64,000 nucleotides of DNA, from the NCBI GenBank assembly GCA_004524445.1, contig SDNP01000013.1, forward strand, positions 12,326 through 76,325. Reading direction: 5' to 3'. The stretch's first letter is position 1. Each line of letters opens with the position of its first letter. The position numbers and the translations under genes were made by a program. Below are positions 46,139-55,700 of this stretch, one piece after another. This DNA is from Candidatus Thorarchaeota archaeon (GTDB taxonomy: Archaea > Asgardarchaeota > Thorarchaeia > Thorarchaeales > Thorarchaeaceae). The notes under the pieces are model-generated. The model did no database searches, had not been told where the DNA came from, and saw nothing but the letters and a program-made list of their open reading frames with translations.

Positions 46139-48898
46139 ATGTCCAAATTCAATAGATTCAAACGGTCCGCGGGTCGTTTCCTGAAAAGGGTCTTCCGAAG
46201 GCCAAAGGCAGAAATTAGTCGTGGGTCCGTAATGATAATGGTGGCATTAGCAATCATTTTCATATCTGCACTGGCTCTAAGGCTGGAACCATTAATCAAT
46301 GCTCAGCCTGTTGTAAGAGCTTTTGACCCCTGGTTCCAGCTGCGAGTGACAGAATATGTGGCGGAAAATGGGTATGCTGCATATTTCTCTTGGTATGATT
46401 ATACAACATGGGTGCCTTTTGGACGTGATATGACACAAACTAGCTATGTCGGTGTGCCATTTACCACTGCTTTCTTCTATTGGGTCGTAAATCTATTCGG
46501 AATCGAAGTATCCGTAACCTATGTTGCAATAGTTCTCCCTGCATTCATGGGCGCACTGACCACTATTGTTGCATTCTTCTTCGGACGAGAACTATACAAC
46601 AATACTGTTGGATTGTTGAATGCCCTATTCATGGCTTTCATGCCAGCATTTATCCAGAGAACAATAGTTGGATTCTTTGACAATGAGAGCATAGGAATCT
46701 TTGCGATTGTACTTACCATGTACCTATTCATTCGTAGTATTCGACGTGGTTCAAGCATTTCGGGAGTCGCTGCAGGTTTGTCCCTAGGGTATCTACTTGC
46801 GTCATGGGGTGCTGCTGATTTCATGTTGGGCCTTTTTGCTCTTTATGGCCTTATTATGCTCATGATAGGGCGATACAGCAAACGATTGCTGAGCTCTTAT
46901 CTATTGACATTGGCTCTAGGTATGTTCATTGGATGTCTTGTGCCGCGAAATGGTTTCGAGAGCCTTACGTCGTTTACATACCTTGCCCCGATGGGTGTAG
47001 GAATTCTTCTTGCGGGGTATGAAGTCTGGCTGAGAATAGGTTCACTTAGGGACGCCACTGCGACAAGACTTGCACCTCACTTGAAGTCAATTCTGGTTGG
47101 AATTATCGCCCCAGTCGCAGGAATGATCGCTTATGTGATTTACTCGAGTGGATTAGACCTCGCGATTGTTACCACAGCATCGAATCCCTTTACAGTTATT
47201 GGAAATAAATTCCTTAGTGTAATTAATCCATTTTACCGTCTTGATCAACGGATATTTGCATCTGTGGCTGAGCACTTACCAAGCCCATGGGGAAGTTTCT
47301 ATCAGACATTGTTGATACTAATCTTTTTCCTGCCTCTAGGAATGTACTTCTTATTCCGAAGAGGTCGAGATGAGGACTATTTGATTCTCCTCTTTGGCAT
47401 CACAGCTGTATACTTTGCAGGAAGCATGATTCGACTTAGTTTGATTCTTGCGCCTGCAGCTGCAATTCTTTCAGGTATAGCAGTTAACGGAATATTGAGC
47501 CCATTCGCCAAGGTTGTAACTCAGGACTCGGTCTTTGAGCGAAGAAGATTCAGAATGAGTTCATCTCTGACATCCGAGCATGCCATTGCCGCATTCGGAT
47601 TTGTTGGTCTGCTTCTATCTGTAAATCTGATTCTTGGCGTTTCTTATGTGACGAACTCGGTGAGCAATCCCGAATTTGCGCCGTCTCAGATCACATCCGA
47701 CCGCCAGTTTGCTGATTGGCAGACGTCGATGAACTATATCAGGAACGTTCTACCAGATGATGCAGTTATTGCTAGTTGGTGGGATTACGGCTACTGGATA
47801 AATGGGGCTGGTGACGGACAAACGATTGTTGACAATGCCACTTGGAATCGTACGCAAATTGCCTTAATGGGTTACGCACTGATGGCGCTCAATTTAACAG
47901 AGTCACTAAAGACGTTCAAGCTCTGGAATGCCTCACATGTATTGGTCTATTGGGGTCATACCAGTTCCGGTGTTGGCGGTGATGAAGGTAAATGGCCCTG
48001 GATGGTAAGAATTGCGGAGGACCGCTTTGGCAGCTCAGTCATCGATGATGCAACTTATCTTGGTGACAATCCTGCTACCGACCAGGAGGAGTCAGAATAC
48101 ACCCAGGACGCATTCTTCCAGTCCACTATATACAAGCTTATGATGTACAACGAGCCAACATCATTAGAATCCGGGCAACAGAGGGGACTAACTAATGAGC
48201 GCTTGGGCTGGGATAGGCAGTACATCGAAAATCCAGATAAGCGCTGGCTTAATAATATTCCACAGACCCTTCACGGTGCCTTCAAAGAAGCCTTCATCAG
48301 CTATGCATATGGCTTTGTCAAGATTTACGAGATTGACTATACAATGCTTGAGCAGTACAACAACCGTACCAGTTCAGACTGGCGGCTGAGACAAGACTCA
48401 CTATCTCAAGTATCAATTGATGGCAGCCTTTCCCCGCAAGAGGAGGACTTTCAGAGTTTCAATACGGTATTTGGTGGTGGCTACGACGCTACTGTCTACA
48501 CACGGGCGAACTCAACCCATGTCTATTATGGGATACAGATGGATAACTACACTCTTGGAGAAGACGCCTTCGGACTGCAGATATCTCCAATCGATACTAC
48601 TTCAGTATCAGACATTCGAGTTGTTAACTACCAAGGGCAGGAGTATTTCGATGGACATATCGACTATTATGGCGACTGGGTGGCTGATGCCCAAAGTGCA
48701 AACGAATCTGAGGCGGCAACTGGTGAAAATGTGATAGAGTTCCTGCTACCGTTGGAATCCGATGATCCAGATGATATACATCTTGCCCCTGGAAATAAGT
48801 ACCAAATACGCTTCCTATTCTGGAACAATATGCAAACTGGTGAACCAACACTCAATAGTGACTGGACGGTCTTCTGGGTTCCTGTAGAGCTACATTAG
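46139..48898 (+). CDS. aglB: Oligosaccharyltransferase catalytic subunit AglB/STT3 with C-terminal extension
   Basis: FDPWF, FDNE, SVAEH, WWDYG, DNATWN, GKWPWMVRIA; start 46121 or 46139. Confidence 0.95.
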   Translation: MSKFNRFKRSAGRFLKRVFRRPKAEISRGSVMIMVALAIIFISALALRLEPLINAQPVVRAFDPWFQLRVTEYVAENGYAAYFSWYDYTTWVPFGRDMTQTSYVGVPFTTAFFYWVVNLFGIEVSVTYVAIVLPAFMGALTTIVAFFFGRELYNNTVGLLNALFMAFMPAFIQRTIVGFFDNESIGIFAIVLTMYLFIRSIRRGSSISGVAAGLSLGYLLASWGAADFMLGLFALYGLIMLMIGRYSKRLLSSYLLTLALGMFIGCLVPRNGFESLTSFTYLAPMGVGILLAGYEVWLRIGSLRDATATRLAPHLKSILVGIIAPVAGMIAYVIYSSGLDLAIVTTASNPFTVIGNKFLSVINPFYRLDQRIFASVAEHLPSPWGSFYQTLLILIFFLPLGMYFLFRRGRDEDYLILLFGITAVYFAGSMIRLSLILAPAAAILSGIAVNGILSPFAKVVTQDSVFERRRFRMSSSLTSEHAIAAFGFVGLLLSVNLILGVSYVTNSVSNPEFAPSQITSDRQFADWQTSMNYIRNVLPDDAVIASWWDYGYWINGAGDGQTIVDNATWNRTQIALMGYALMALNLTESLKTFKLWNASHVLVYWGHTSSGVGGDEGKWPWMVRIAEDRFGSSVIDDATYLGDNPATDQEESEYTQDAFFQSTIYKLMMYNEPTSLESGQQRGLTNERLGWDRQYIENPDKRWLNNIPQTLHGAFKEAFISYAYGFVKIYEIDYTMLEQYNNRTSSDWRLRQDSLSQVSIDGSLSPQEEDFQSFNTVFGGGYDATVYTRANSTHVYYGIQMDNYTLGEDAFGLQISPIDTTSVSDIRVVNYQGQEYFDGHIDYYGDWVADAQSANESEAATGENVIEFLLPLESDDPDDIHLAPGNKYQIRFLFWNNMQTGEPTLNSDWTVFWVPVELH

Positions 48899-48908
48899 AT
48901 CAGAAGGC

Positions 48909-48931
48909 GGCGGCTTTTCTTTCAAGCCGCC
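48909..48931. terminator. Hairpin between convergent aglB and nop10
   Basis: GGCGGCTT-N7-AAGCCGCC. Confidence 0.45.
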
Positions 48932-48950
48932 CCATCTCCACTTTTAATAA

Positions 48951-49127
48951 TCAGTCGGATTCCAGTCTTTTTGCCTTTCTCTTGGCTTCGCGTCTGTATT
49001 TTCCATACTTGTCCTGAGGAGAAAATCTCGGAGGAGCGGGACCGGTTACTTGTCCCCCACAATAAGGGCATCCCTTTTGTTCGAGGGTGTATTTGTTGCA
49101 TTCGGTGCATTTGAATAAAGGCGGCAT
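48951..49127 (-). CDS. nop10: H/ACA RNP protein Nop10 (absent from the ORF track)
   Basis: MPPLFKCTECNKYTLEQKGCPYCGG...PAPPRFSPQDKYGKYRR; usual position after aIF2a. Confidence 0.93.
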   Translation of the reverse strand: MPPLFKCTECNKYTLEQKGCPYCGGQVTGPAPPRFSPQDKYGKYRREAKRKAKRLESD

Positions 49128-49136
49128 ATGAGCTAC

Positions 49137-49946
49137 CTACTTGCGAGTAAACTTGAAAGTACCATCTTTCTTCTCAATAATTTTTTTAACGGAGTCCAGT
49201 ATCTCATCTAGCAAGTCCTCTGCTTCTTTATAATCCGGACTCACGATTCTAAGTTTGTATCTTGGGGAGCCAAGTGTATAGATCTCGACAGATGATTTAT
49301 CCTGTTTTTTTCCGACTTCAAGTCCTTTTTTGAGGCCCTCTTTTATCACACTAACCCCTTCGGCTCCTGGAACAGTAATGGTCATTTCGCCATCTATTTC
49401 AATGGAAGGAATCTCTATTCTATCCTCTGCAAGTTCAGCTACCTGCTTAAGGTATTTTTTGGGCGCATCCACATCATCGAAAACAGAAACATCTCCGTCT
49501 GCAGCTGCTTCAAGGCCCTTGTATATCTCTCCAAAATACTCTTGAATTGGCCATCCAATCTTCTCATAAGCCTCTTCCAGAGTCATATCATTTTCCTTAG
49601 CAACGAGCTCCAACAACCTCTCTGCTCTTTGTGCCCTCTTCCATTCTTCATTTTTTACTCTCTTGGCCTCTGAAGAAACTCGGCGAAGTGAACAATCAAT
49701 ATGTCCCTTGACTTCATCAACCTTAAGAACTCGTACAACCACCCGTTGGTTTTCTGCAATATGATTACGAATGTTCCTAACCCATGTGCTCGAGACCTCT
49801 GAAATATGAATGAAGCCTTCCTTGTCATCATATTCAGGAAGTGTAACATATGCTCCGTATGGGGCTACCTTAGTTGCTACTGCAACTACATATTCGTCAG
49901 GACTCGGCCATTCTGCTCGTTTCAAAACCATCTCGGGAACCTCCAC
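49137..49946 (-). CDS. eif2a: Translation initiation factor aIF2 alpha
   Basis: S1 domain YGAYVTL, FIHISEVSSTWVRNIR, GHIDCSLRRV, GSPRY. Confidence 0.95.
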   Translation of the reverse strand: MEVPEMVLKRAEWPSPDEYVVAVATKVAPYGAYVTLPEYDDKEGFIHISEVSSTWVRNIRNHIAENQRVVVRVLKVDEVKGHIDCSLRRVSSEAKRVKNEEWKRAQRAERLLELVAKENDMTLEEAYEKIGWPIQEYFGEIYKGLEAAADGDVSVFDDVDAPKKYLKQVAELAEDRIEIPSIEIDGEMTITVPGAEGVSVIKEGLKKGLEVGKKQDKSSVEIYTLGSPRYKLRIVSPDYKEAEDLLDEILDSVKKIIEKKDGTFKFTRK

Positions 49947-49969
49947 TAGGACCTCTGGATTTCAGAATC

Positions 49970-50170
49970 CTATTGTAACGTTTCTACCTCTCTTGCGATT
50001 GGCTGGAGCTTTGTCTTCCCGCCAACAGGTTTTGCCAGAACTTTATCACACTTTAGACATTTTACTTCTGTAGAAGCATTGCCGAAAATAATCTGTTCAT
50101 TCTCACAGTCTAGGCATTTTACCTTCAAGAATCGTGAGTTGGGTTGTTGAACTATCTCTCCTTTGGTCAC
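49970..50170 (-). CDS. rps27e: 30S ribosomal protein S27e
   Basis: PNSRFLKVKCLDC...CLKC...PVGGK; probable GTG start. Confidence 0.95.
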   Translation of the reverse strand: MTKGEIVQQPNSRFLKVKCLDCENEQIIFGNASTEVKCLKCDKVLAKPVGGKTKLQPIAREVETLQ

Positions 50171-50325
50171 TATTACCACCAGTTTGTTCGAGGTTTCAGT
50201 ACTGCCTTCACGGCAGAAAAAGGCCCAAACATATGGACACTTTAACGTCGGAACAGGGTTGCATTATAACTCTATCGACACGCCATTTCGTTTGACGCCC
50301 TCAAGAACGTCTATGGGCTTATCTG

Positions 50326-50607
50326 CTAAACTCTGGAAATTTCAACCTTTTTGAGTCTCATACCATCGGTCTGAATGGTATATCCACATTCTCGACATTT
50401 TAATTTGAGTACCGTCTTCTTTGTTGTCTTGGCGAATCGTTTCTGAATCTGCTTTGGAAATGAACCATACCCCTTTGTCTTTCTCTTCATCCGTCGAGCA
50501 CCTTGGGCCATTGGGCTCTGTGCCCCCTTTTTGTAAATACTTGTGCTATGCTCAGTATGCGTCTTGCACTTGGGGCAATATTTGTTCATTACGGCAGGGA
50601 CCTTCAT
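50326..50607 (-). CDS. rpl44e: 50S ribosomal protein L44e
   Basis: MKVP...YCPKCKTHTEH...KTTKKTVLKLKCRECG. Confidence 0.95.
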   Translation of the reverse strand: MKVPAVMNKYCPKCKTHTEHSTSIYKKGAQSPMAQGARRMKRKTKGYGSFPKQIQKRFAKTTKKTVLKLKCRECGYTIQTDGMRLKKVEISRV

Positions 50608-50796
50608 CATCAATTCACCTTTGCATGGAACGTGTTCGCTAAAGCTCTCGCAGTCGGTTGGCTTCTTAATCTTATCGTTTTGCACAAAGGTAAGATCGAG
50701 ATACCTAGACATGCGTTAGAATTTGAAAGACATTATGACGGTATTAATTCAAAGCATGGTATCAAAACTAGCCAGAACGAACACACCTTTTAGTTA

Positions 50797-51018
50797 CTAG
50801 CCCCAAAATTGAAGTTGTTGCCCAATATGGGAAACCACGGTAATGATTACTAAAATAGCTGCCATGACGACAACAAGGGTTGGTCCAACTTTTATTCCGG
50901 GAGTTTCATCTTCGAAGAACCTAATGAGCCCAGCGCCACCGGAGGGCATAGGACCGGAATCTCGGCTGCTACTCCGTCTTGTCTTTTTCTTCTTCTTCCT
51001 CTTAGCGGACTTTGGCAT
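50797..51018 (-). CDS. secG: Preprotein translocase subunit Sec61beta
   Basis: GAGLIRFFEDETPGIKVGP followed by a TM helix. Confidence 0.92.
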   Translation of the reverse strand: MPKSAKRKKKKKTRRSSSRDSGPMPSGGAGLIRFFEDETPGIKVGPTLVVVMAAILVIITVVSHIGQQLQFWG

Positions 51019-51105
51019 TCCGTCTTTGCCTCCTAGGCTAGATGAGAATCAGTTTATTCAGTTTTTAATCCTTTCCTATTGCCATAAAGTTGAAGGCCAT
51101 AATTC

Positions 51106-51393
51106 CTATTTGCAGGCACAGGGTGTTTGGAAACACTTCGGACAACCTTTCCCGTATTTCATCAAAAAGGCACGTGTCATATCAATTTTGAGCAAATTTG
51201 CTAGCGAGAGCAGCCAAGCAAATACGTCTGCTAGTTCATCCTGAATATCCTTCATAGTCTGATTCTTAGAAACTGCCTCACTCAGTTCTGCGAGTTCTTG
51301 AAAGGTGCGAATCAAGGTTCCATTCACCCCTCTCGTGTTATCTCTCTCGAGATATATTTCACGCATAAGATTCTGTCCGTCACTTATATCCAT
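51106..51393 (-). CDS. MazG-like nucleotide pyrophosphohydrolase
   Basis: QELAELSEA...DELADVFAWL, C-terminal CPKC...C.C. Confidence 0.88.
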   Translation of the reverse strand: MDISDGQNLMREIYLERDNTRGVNGTLIRTFQELAELSEAVSKNQTMKDIQDELADVFAWLLSLANLLKIDMTRAFLMKYGKGCPKCFQTPCACK

Positions 51394-51434
51394 AATAACA
51401 CCTCAATAAAGAGGTGGCCCGATTTAACGGGCCT

Positions 51435-52757
51435 TTACTTGAAGCGGAGATGCTCGTAAGCAGGAGTCTCAGTGTCAAAGGCATAGTGTACCTTCTGATA
51501 CTCCTTTCTGTATTCGGAAACCTCTTCTGCGACCTTTTTGACATCTTCTTCTTTCATGACTACACGATAGAGGAAATCCGCAACATCCTCCATCTCGCCC
51601 TCTTTCAGTCCTAATCGAGTAACCTCACTAGATCCAAGTCGTATTCCGCCTGGTTTGCGATAATCACGACCCATCTTCTTGTCCCACGGTAGCAGATTGC
51701 GGTTGATGATTATATTCGCCTTTTCAAGTTCCTCTTCCACCTTTCTACCATTCTTCATGGGTGTATCAGCAACATCAACGAGAACGACATGCGACTCGGT
51801 GAAACCTTTATGTTCTGCGACTACCTGAAAACCCTTGTCGTGTAGTGCCTGAGCAAGAGCCTTCGCATTTTTCAGAATCTGGTCGGTGAAGTCTTCTCCA
51901 TACTCCATCATTTCTGCAAGTACGACCGCTAGGCCTGCTACATTATGCAAATGATGATTACTCATGAGGCCGGGGAATGCCGCCCTTTTGATCTTATCAG
52001 CCCACTCCTCCTTTGCCAAGACCATTCCATGCTGTGGGCCCGGTAGAGTCTTGTGAGTTGAAGCCGTTACAATATCGGCACCCTCCCTTAACGGGTCTTG
52101 GAACCGTCCAGAAGCAATGAGGCCTGAAACATGTGCCGAGTCATATCCAATTGTCATATCATATTCATCGGCAATATCTGTGAATTCCTTAACTGGATGT
52201 GGGAATGGAAAGACACTTGCACCAAAGAGAAGGAACTTGACCTCGTTTCCATCCTCGAAGAGTCTCCTAATCTGTTTCTTACTTGCGTCAACATCAATAT
52301 TGAACTCTTCTTCATCAAAGTCCCAAGTTCTGACTTTATGTCCTCGAACAGCTCCAGCAGTACCGCCCAGACTTTGTCGCGCGTGGGAAATATGTCCGCC
52401 ATGCGCAATAGCCAGTGCCATCATTCTATCCAATGGCTTCATAGCTGCTGTATACATCATTAAATTTGCAACAACCCCTGAGATGGGTCGGACATCCACA
52501 AAGTCAGCTTTGTATAGCTTCTTGGCAAGGTCAATACAAATCAATTCAACCTCATCAATATACTTGCATCCTGCATAGACACGTTCACCCGGCCATCCCT
52601 CTGCATAGCGATCTCTAAAGTCGCAGACCGTTGCAGAACGTACAGCGGGGGATGATACGTTCTCTGAAGCAATTAAGTTGATAGTGTTACTCATCCAGTT
52701 ATCGTGACGCTCTATCAGATCGAAAATACGATCATAGCGCTCTTTATGCTCTGTCAC
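51435..52757 (-). CDS. glyA: Serine hydroxymethyltransferase
   Basis: NLIASEN, YAEG, HGGHISH, STHKTLPGP. Confidence 0.96.
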   Translation of the reverse strand: MTEHKERYDRIFDLIERHDNWMSNTINLIASENVSSPAVRSATVCDFRDRYAEGWPGERVYAGCKYIDEVELICIDLAKKLYKADFVDVRPISGVVANLMMYTAAMKPLDRMMALAIAHGGHISHARQSLGGTAGAVRGHKVRTWDFDEEEFNIDVDASKKQIRRLFEDGNEVKFLLFGASVFPFPHPVKEFTDIADEYDMTIGYDSAHVSGLIASGRFQDPLREGADIVTASTHKTLPGPQHGMVLAKEEWADKIKRAAFPGLMSNHHLHNVAGLAVVLAEMMEYGEDFTDQILKNAKALAQALHDKGFQVVAEHKGFTESHVVLVDVADTPMKNGRKVEEELEKANIIINRNLLPWDKKMGRDYRKPGGIRLGSSEVTRLGLKEGEMEDVADFLYRVVMKEEDVKKVAEEVSEYRKEYQKVHYAFDTETPAYEHLRFK

Positions 52758-53100
52758 TTTCTTCTCTCCTCTTTCGAAATCTCAGTGGAACCTACAATAG
52801 TATGCATGGCTCTCCTTTAAAATTGATTCAAACAGGACCCATTCAAAAACCTTTACTCCCAGACCTTGGGACGCAACATATAGAAAGGCTGGCAGTATAA
52901 CTCATCTGCCACAAATTTGTACTCACGCCTGGACTCATAACAGACAATTGAGCATATCCTACTCAAGTGGCGCACTTGGCTCTTGCTTTCGCAGCTGAAA
53001 ATTCCTTTCTGTTGATGGCCTAGATTGGATCAGTTATTCCTTCCGTGCTTATTAGTCCTCATAAAAGCAGTTATCTACCTTCGCCAATCCCATTGGAAAA

Positions 53101-53120
53101 ATTAGAACACGTGTTCTAAT
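53101..53120. promoter_or_regulatory. Perfect 20-bp palindrome, putative transcription-factor operator
   Basis: ATTAGAACAC-GTGTTCTAAT in the divergent glyA / 53199 intergenic region. Confidence 0.55.
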
Positions 53121-53198
53121 ATATTTTGAAGGCATGGTTTACGATTTGCTGTTCACCTAGCATAATCGATTTATACTTACAAATTCCTGCGCTCTGTT

Positions 53199-53597
53199 AT
53201 GCATCTGCCGGATGAGGATAAGGTAGAAAACGTATGTGGTATTCTGATTGTAGAAAAGGAGTCGGAGAAGGAAGCGCTCAAATCATCTAATGCAATGAAG
53301 GAATGTCCACGGTTGATTGCAGTGGGGACGAACGGGAATACGTACTATTGTGTCTTCATTGTACCCAAGGACAAGACTTGGTGGCTCGAGATACCCGAGG
53401 CAAAGCCAGAGATTCTTGGCGCTAAATCGGTTAAGATGTATATCACCGAAGAGCTTGTCTACCCTGAGGAGTATGAGTTGAGATTGCCCGAAAAGAAATC
53501 AGAAGTATCACCCTGTGGATCCCATTGTTCAACCTGTCCCATGGTCAAAGAGAATGATTGCCCTGGATGCCCTGCTACAACTCATTACAAACTATAA
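53199..53597 (+). CDS. Hypothetical protein with C-terminal Cys cluster (possible Fe-S)
   Basis: PCGSHCSTCP...CPGCP; N-terminal part possibly Lrp/RAM-like. Confidence 0.7.
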   Translation: MHLPDEDKVENVCGILIVEKESEKEALKSSNAMKECPRLIAVGTNGNTYYCVFIVPKDKTWWLEIPEAKPEILGAKSVKMYITEELVYPEEYELRLPEKKSEVSPCGSHCSTCPMVKENDCPGCPATTHYKL

Positions 53598-53751
53598 GTC
53601 TGTGTAATTCCAGTGGTTTCAATATCCATTAATTGAAATCATGACATTGGTATATTGTCCACAAGGGGAATATATCGTAGACAGTCTTGTTGGAAACTTA
53701 GATTATTCCGAAACCTCTATAACCGAAAATCGTAAAGAACCGAACAATCGC

Positions 53752-53917
53752 GGGCCAGTGGCTTAGCCAGGTAGAGCGACAGGACCTCCAGAATTTCTCT
53801 GGTGTGTCGAAGCTCTTAACTTGTAGAGCTTGGGACTTCCCCACGTTCAAGGAATGGCCGAGGGTTCTGCTCTCTTGGTTTCCAATTGGGCGCCCAAAAA
53901 TCCCTCCTGGCCCGCCA
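53752..53917 (+). tRNA. tRNA-Lys(CTT) with three non-canonical introns (30/31, ~43/44, 56/57), CCA encoded
   Basis: Removing 53783-53811, 53825-53854 and 53868-53897 gives a 77-nt cloverleaf; BHB-like motifs at the junctions. Confidence 0.88.
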
Positions 53918-53945
53918 TTCACTCTTTACGCTGACTTACTTCCAT

Positions 53946-54929
53946 CTAATTGGATATTCTTTGGAGGTGAGAAATCGTTTCTTCAGCCTCAGCCATTATC
54001 CTATCCAGCAATTCCTTCACAGTGGGAATATCTTTGATTAGGCCTACCCCTTGACCACAGCTAACAACCCCGAGGTCTGTATCTCCGTGCTTATACATCT
54101 CTTCTGCTTTTTCTCCAGAAGCAGCTTGAATAAGCTTGAAAAGGGGTGCTCCTTCAGATTCTAGCTCAAGTACCTTCTGTGCTGCCTCATTGTTCCATAC
54201 CCTATGTGTGTTTCCAACCGAACGCAATGCTAAACAGGTGTCAGTTTCTGCAGCTTCAACGAAGGCATGCTTTAGATTTTCATGAATAGGACATTCTTTA
54301 GTGGCCATCATTCTTGTTCCCATAATCACCCCTTCCGCGCCTAGTGCCAAGATGGCAGCAACTCCTCTACCATCTGATACTCCGCCACCAGCAATAACAG
54401 GAATATCTACTGCATCTATCACAGATGGAGCCATGACCAGGGTTCCAATATCCAATCTCCCAGTAGCTCCACCATTCTCATAGCCAACAACCGTTATCAA
54501 ATCGGCACCCAGAGACTCCCCCTTCTTTGCATATCTTACACCAGCGCATTTGTGAATCCAGATGGCACCTCCATTCTTGAATTTGGGGACCAATTCCTCC
54601 GGAGCCTTGTGACCGCTGGTTTCGATGATTTTCACATCTTCTGCTAATGTTGCATCCACATAGTCGTCCAGTTTATCTTGGGGCATCAGGGCGGGGAATA
54701 AATTGATGTTTACTGCAAATGGTTGGTTTGTAAGCGATTGAGTCTTATTAATTGCGTCACGCAATTCGTCAGGCGATTTGTAATTTGCACTTGCTAATAC
54801 TGCACAGGCGCCTGCATTACTAGCAGCAGCCACAAACTCAGGATTAGAAATTCTTGCCATGGTTCCAGCGATAATTGGATATTTAGATCCCAAAATCTCC
54901 GTAACTTTCGTCTTTATCATTTGGTTCAC
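53946..54929 (-). CDS. Nitronate monooxygenase / FabK-like flavoprotein
   Basis: GYENGG, PVIAGGGVSDGRG, LGAEGVIMGTR, CGQGVGLI. Confidence 0.9.
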   Translation of the reverse strand: MNQMIKTKVTEILGSKYPIIAGTMARISNPEFVAAASNAGACAVLASANYKSPDELRDAINKTQSLTNQPFAVNINLFPALMPQDKLDDYVDATLAEDVKIIETSGHKAPEELVPKFKNGGAIWIHKCAGVRYAKKGESLGADLITVVGYENGGATGRLDIGTLVMAPSVIDAVDIPVIAGGGVSDGRGVAAILALGAEGVIMGTRMMATKECPIHENLKHAFVEAAETDTCLALRSVGNTHRVWNNEAAQKVLELESEGAPLFKLIQAASGEKAEEMYKHGDTDLGVVSCGQGVGLIKDIPTVKELLDRIMAEAEETISHLQRISN

Positions 54930-55091
54930 ACACAGCTTTCATCAATTGATTGCCTGCTTATAGATAAATATCGTCATGGATAGGCTATTCCAAAAATGCG
55001 AGAAGAACGGGTGGAAAACGATTGGTGATGAGCCAATTATCTCTATGATTTTTTGACCCTGCAGGAATAGAGCAATGCAATCGTGAAGATT

Positions 55092-55433
55092 CTATTCCTT
55101 TTTCCTGGACTTGAACAGTTGGTAAACTGCGGCTCCAGCAACAATCGCTCCTACACCAACTATTGCTCCCAGAACTCGAGGCGCATCCTCCACCAGATGT
55201 TCAATCGGATGTGTCAAGGGATTCTGTTTATCTCTATGAATCTCCCAGTGATCTCCAAAGTCATAGGCATGTAGATTCATACAGGCACATCGATATTGAG
55301 CAATCATCCCCCACCTTGGTTCACCGAGAATAGTCGGTTTGAAACAAGACGGCAGCACGGGAATCTCCTCTTTTGAAAATCTCTTTTTCACACTGTGGGG
55401 AATATCATTAAAGATTTCGTGAAGGTCTATCAT
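55092..55433 (-). CDS. Conserved-looking hypothetical protein with C-terminal TM
   Basis: HRDKQNP...PIEHLVEDAP then hydrophobic tail and basic end. Confidence 0.65.
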   Translation of the reverse strand: MIDLHEIFNDIPHSVKKRFSKEEIPVLPSCFKPTILGEPRWGMIAQYRCACMNLHAYDFGDHWEIHRDKQNPLTHPIEHLVEDAPRVLGAIVGVGAIVAGAAVYQLFKSRKKE

Positions 55434-55700
55434 AGAATCAAATCCTTGGCTGGCTCAAAGTGGATGCGCTCGTATCAATTTTCACCATAAAGCAATATAA
55501 CTCTCTGCATAGTTATACAGGCATCGGCTGCATCAGTTACTACGGGGTTATTGAGTAGGACCCGCCCTTTCAATTTAGGTCAAAAGAAAAATCTGATTAT
55601 TCGCTGTTTGTCGAAGTTGATGTAGACAGTGTTGTAAAGTATTTATTGTGCCAAAAACTGAGCACATAGAATCCTATCAGTTGTAATCCCAAGATGAGGA

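Noticed and set aside
48922-49110. ORF-track 62-aa minus-strand ORF
   Set aside because: Wrong frame; the real gene is nop10 at 48951-49127.
52780-53060. Possible TGA-readthrough (Sec) ORF or pseudogene upstream of glyA
   Set aside because: The minus-strand frames I translated gave no recognisable protein, no redox motif and no SECIS.
53698-54037. ORF-track ORFs at 53698-53922 and 53804-54037
   Set aside because: They overlap the intron-containing tRNA-Lys and are spurious.
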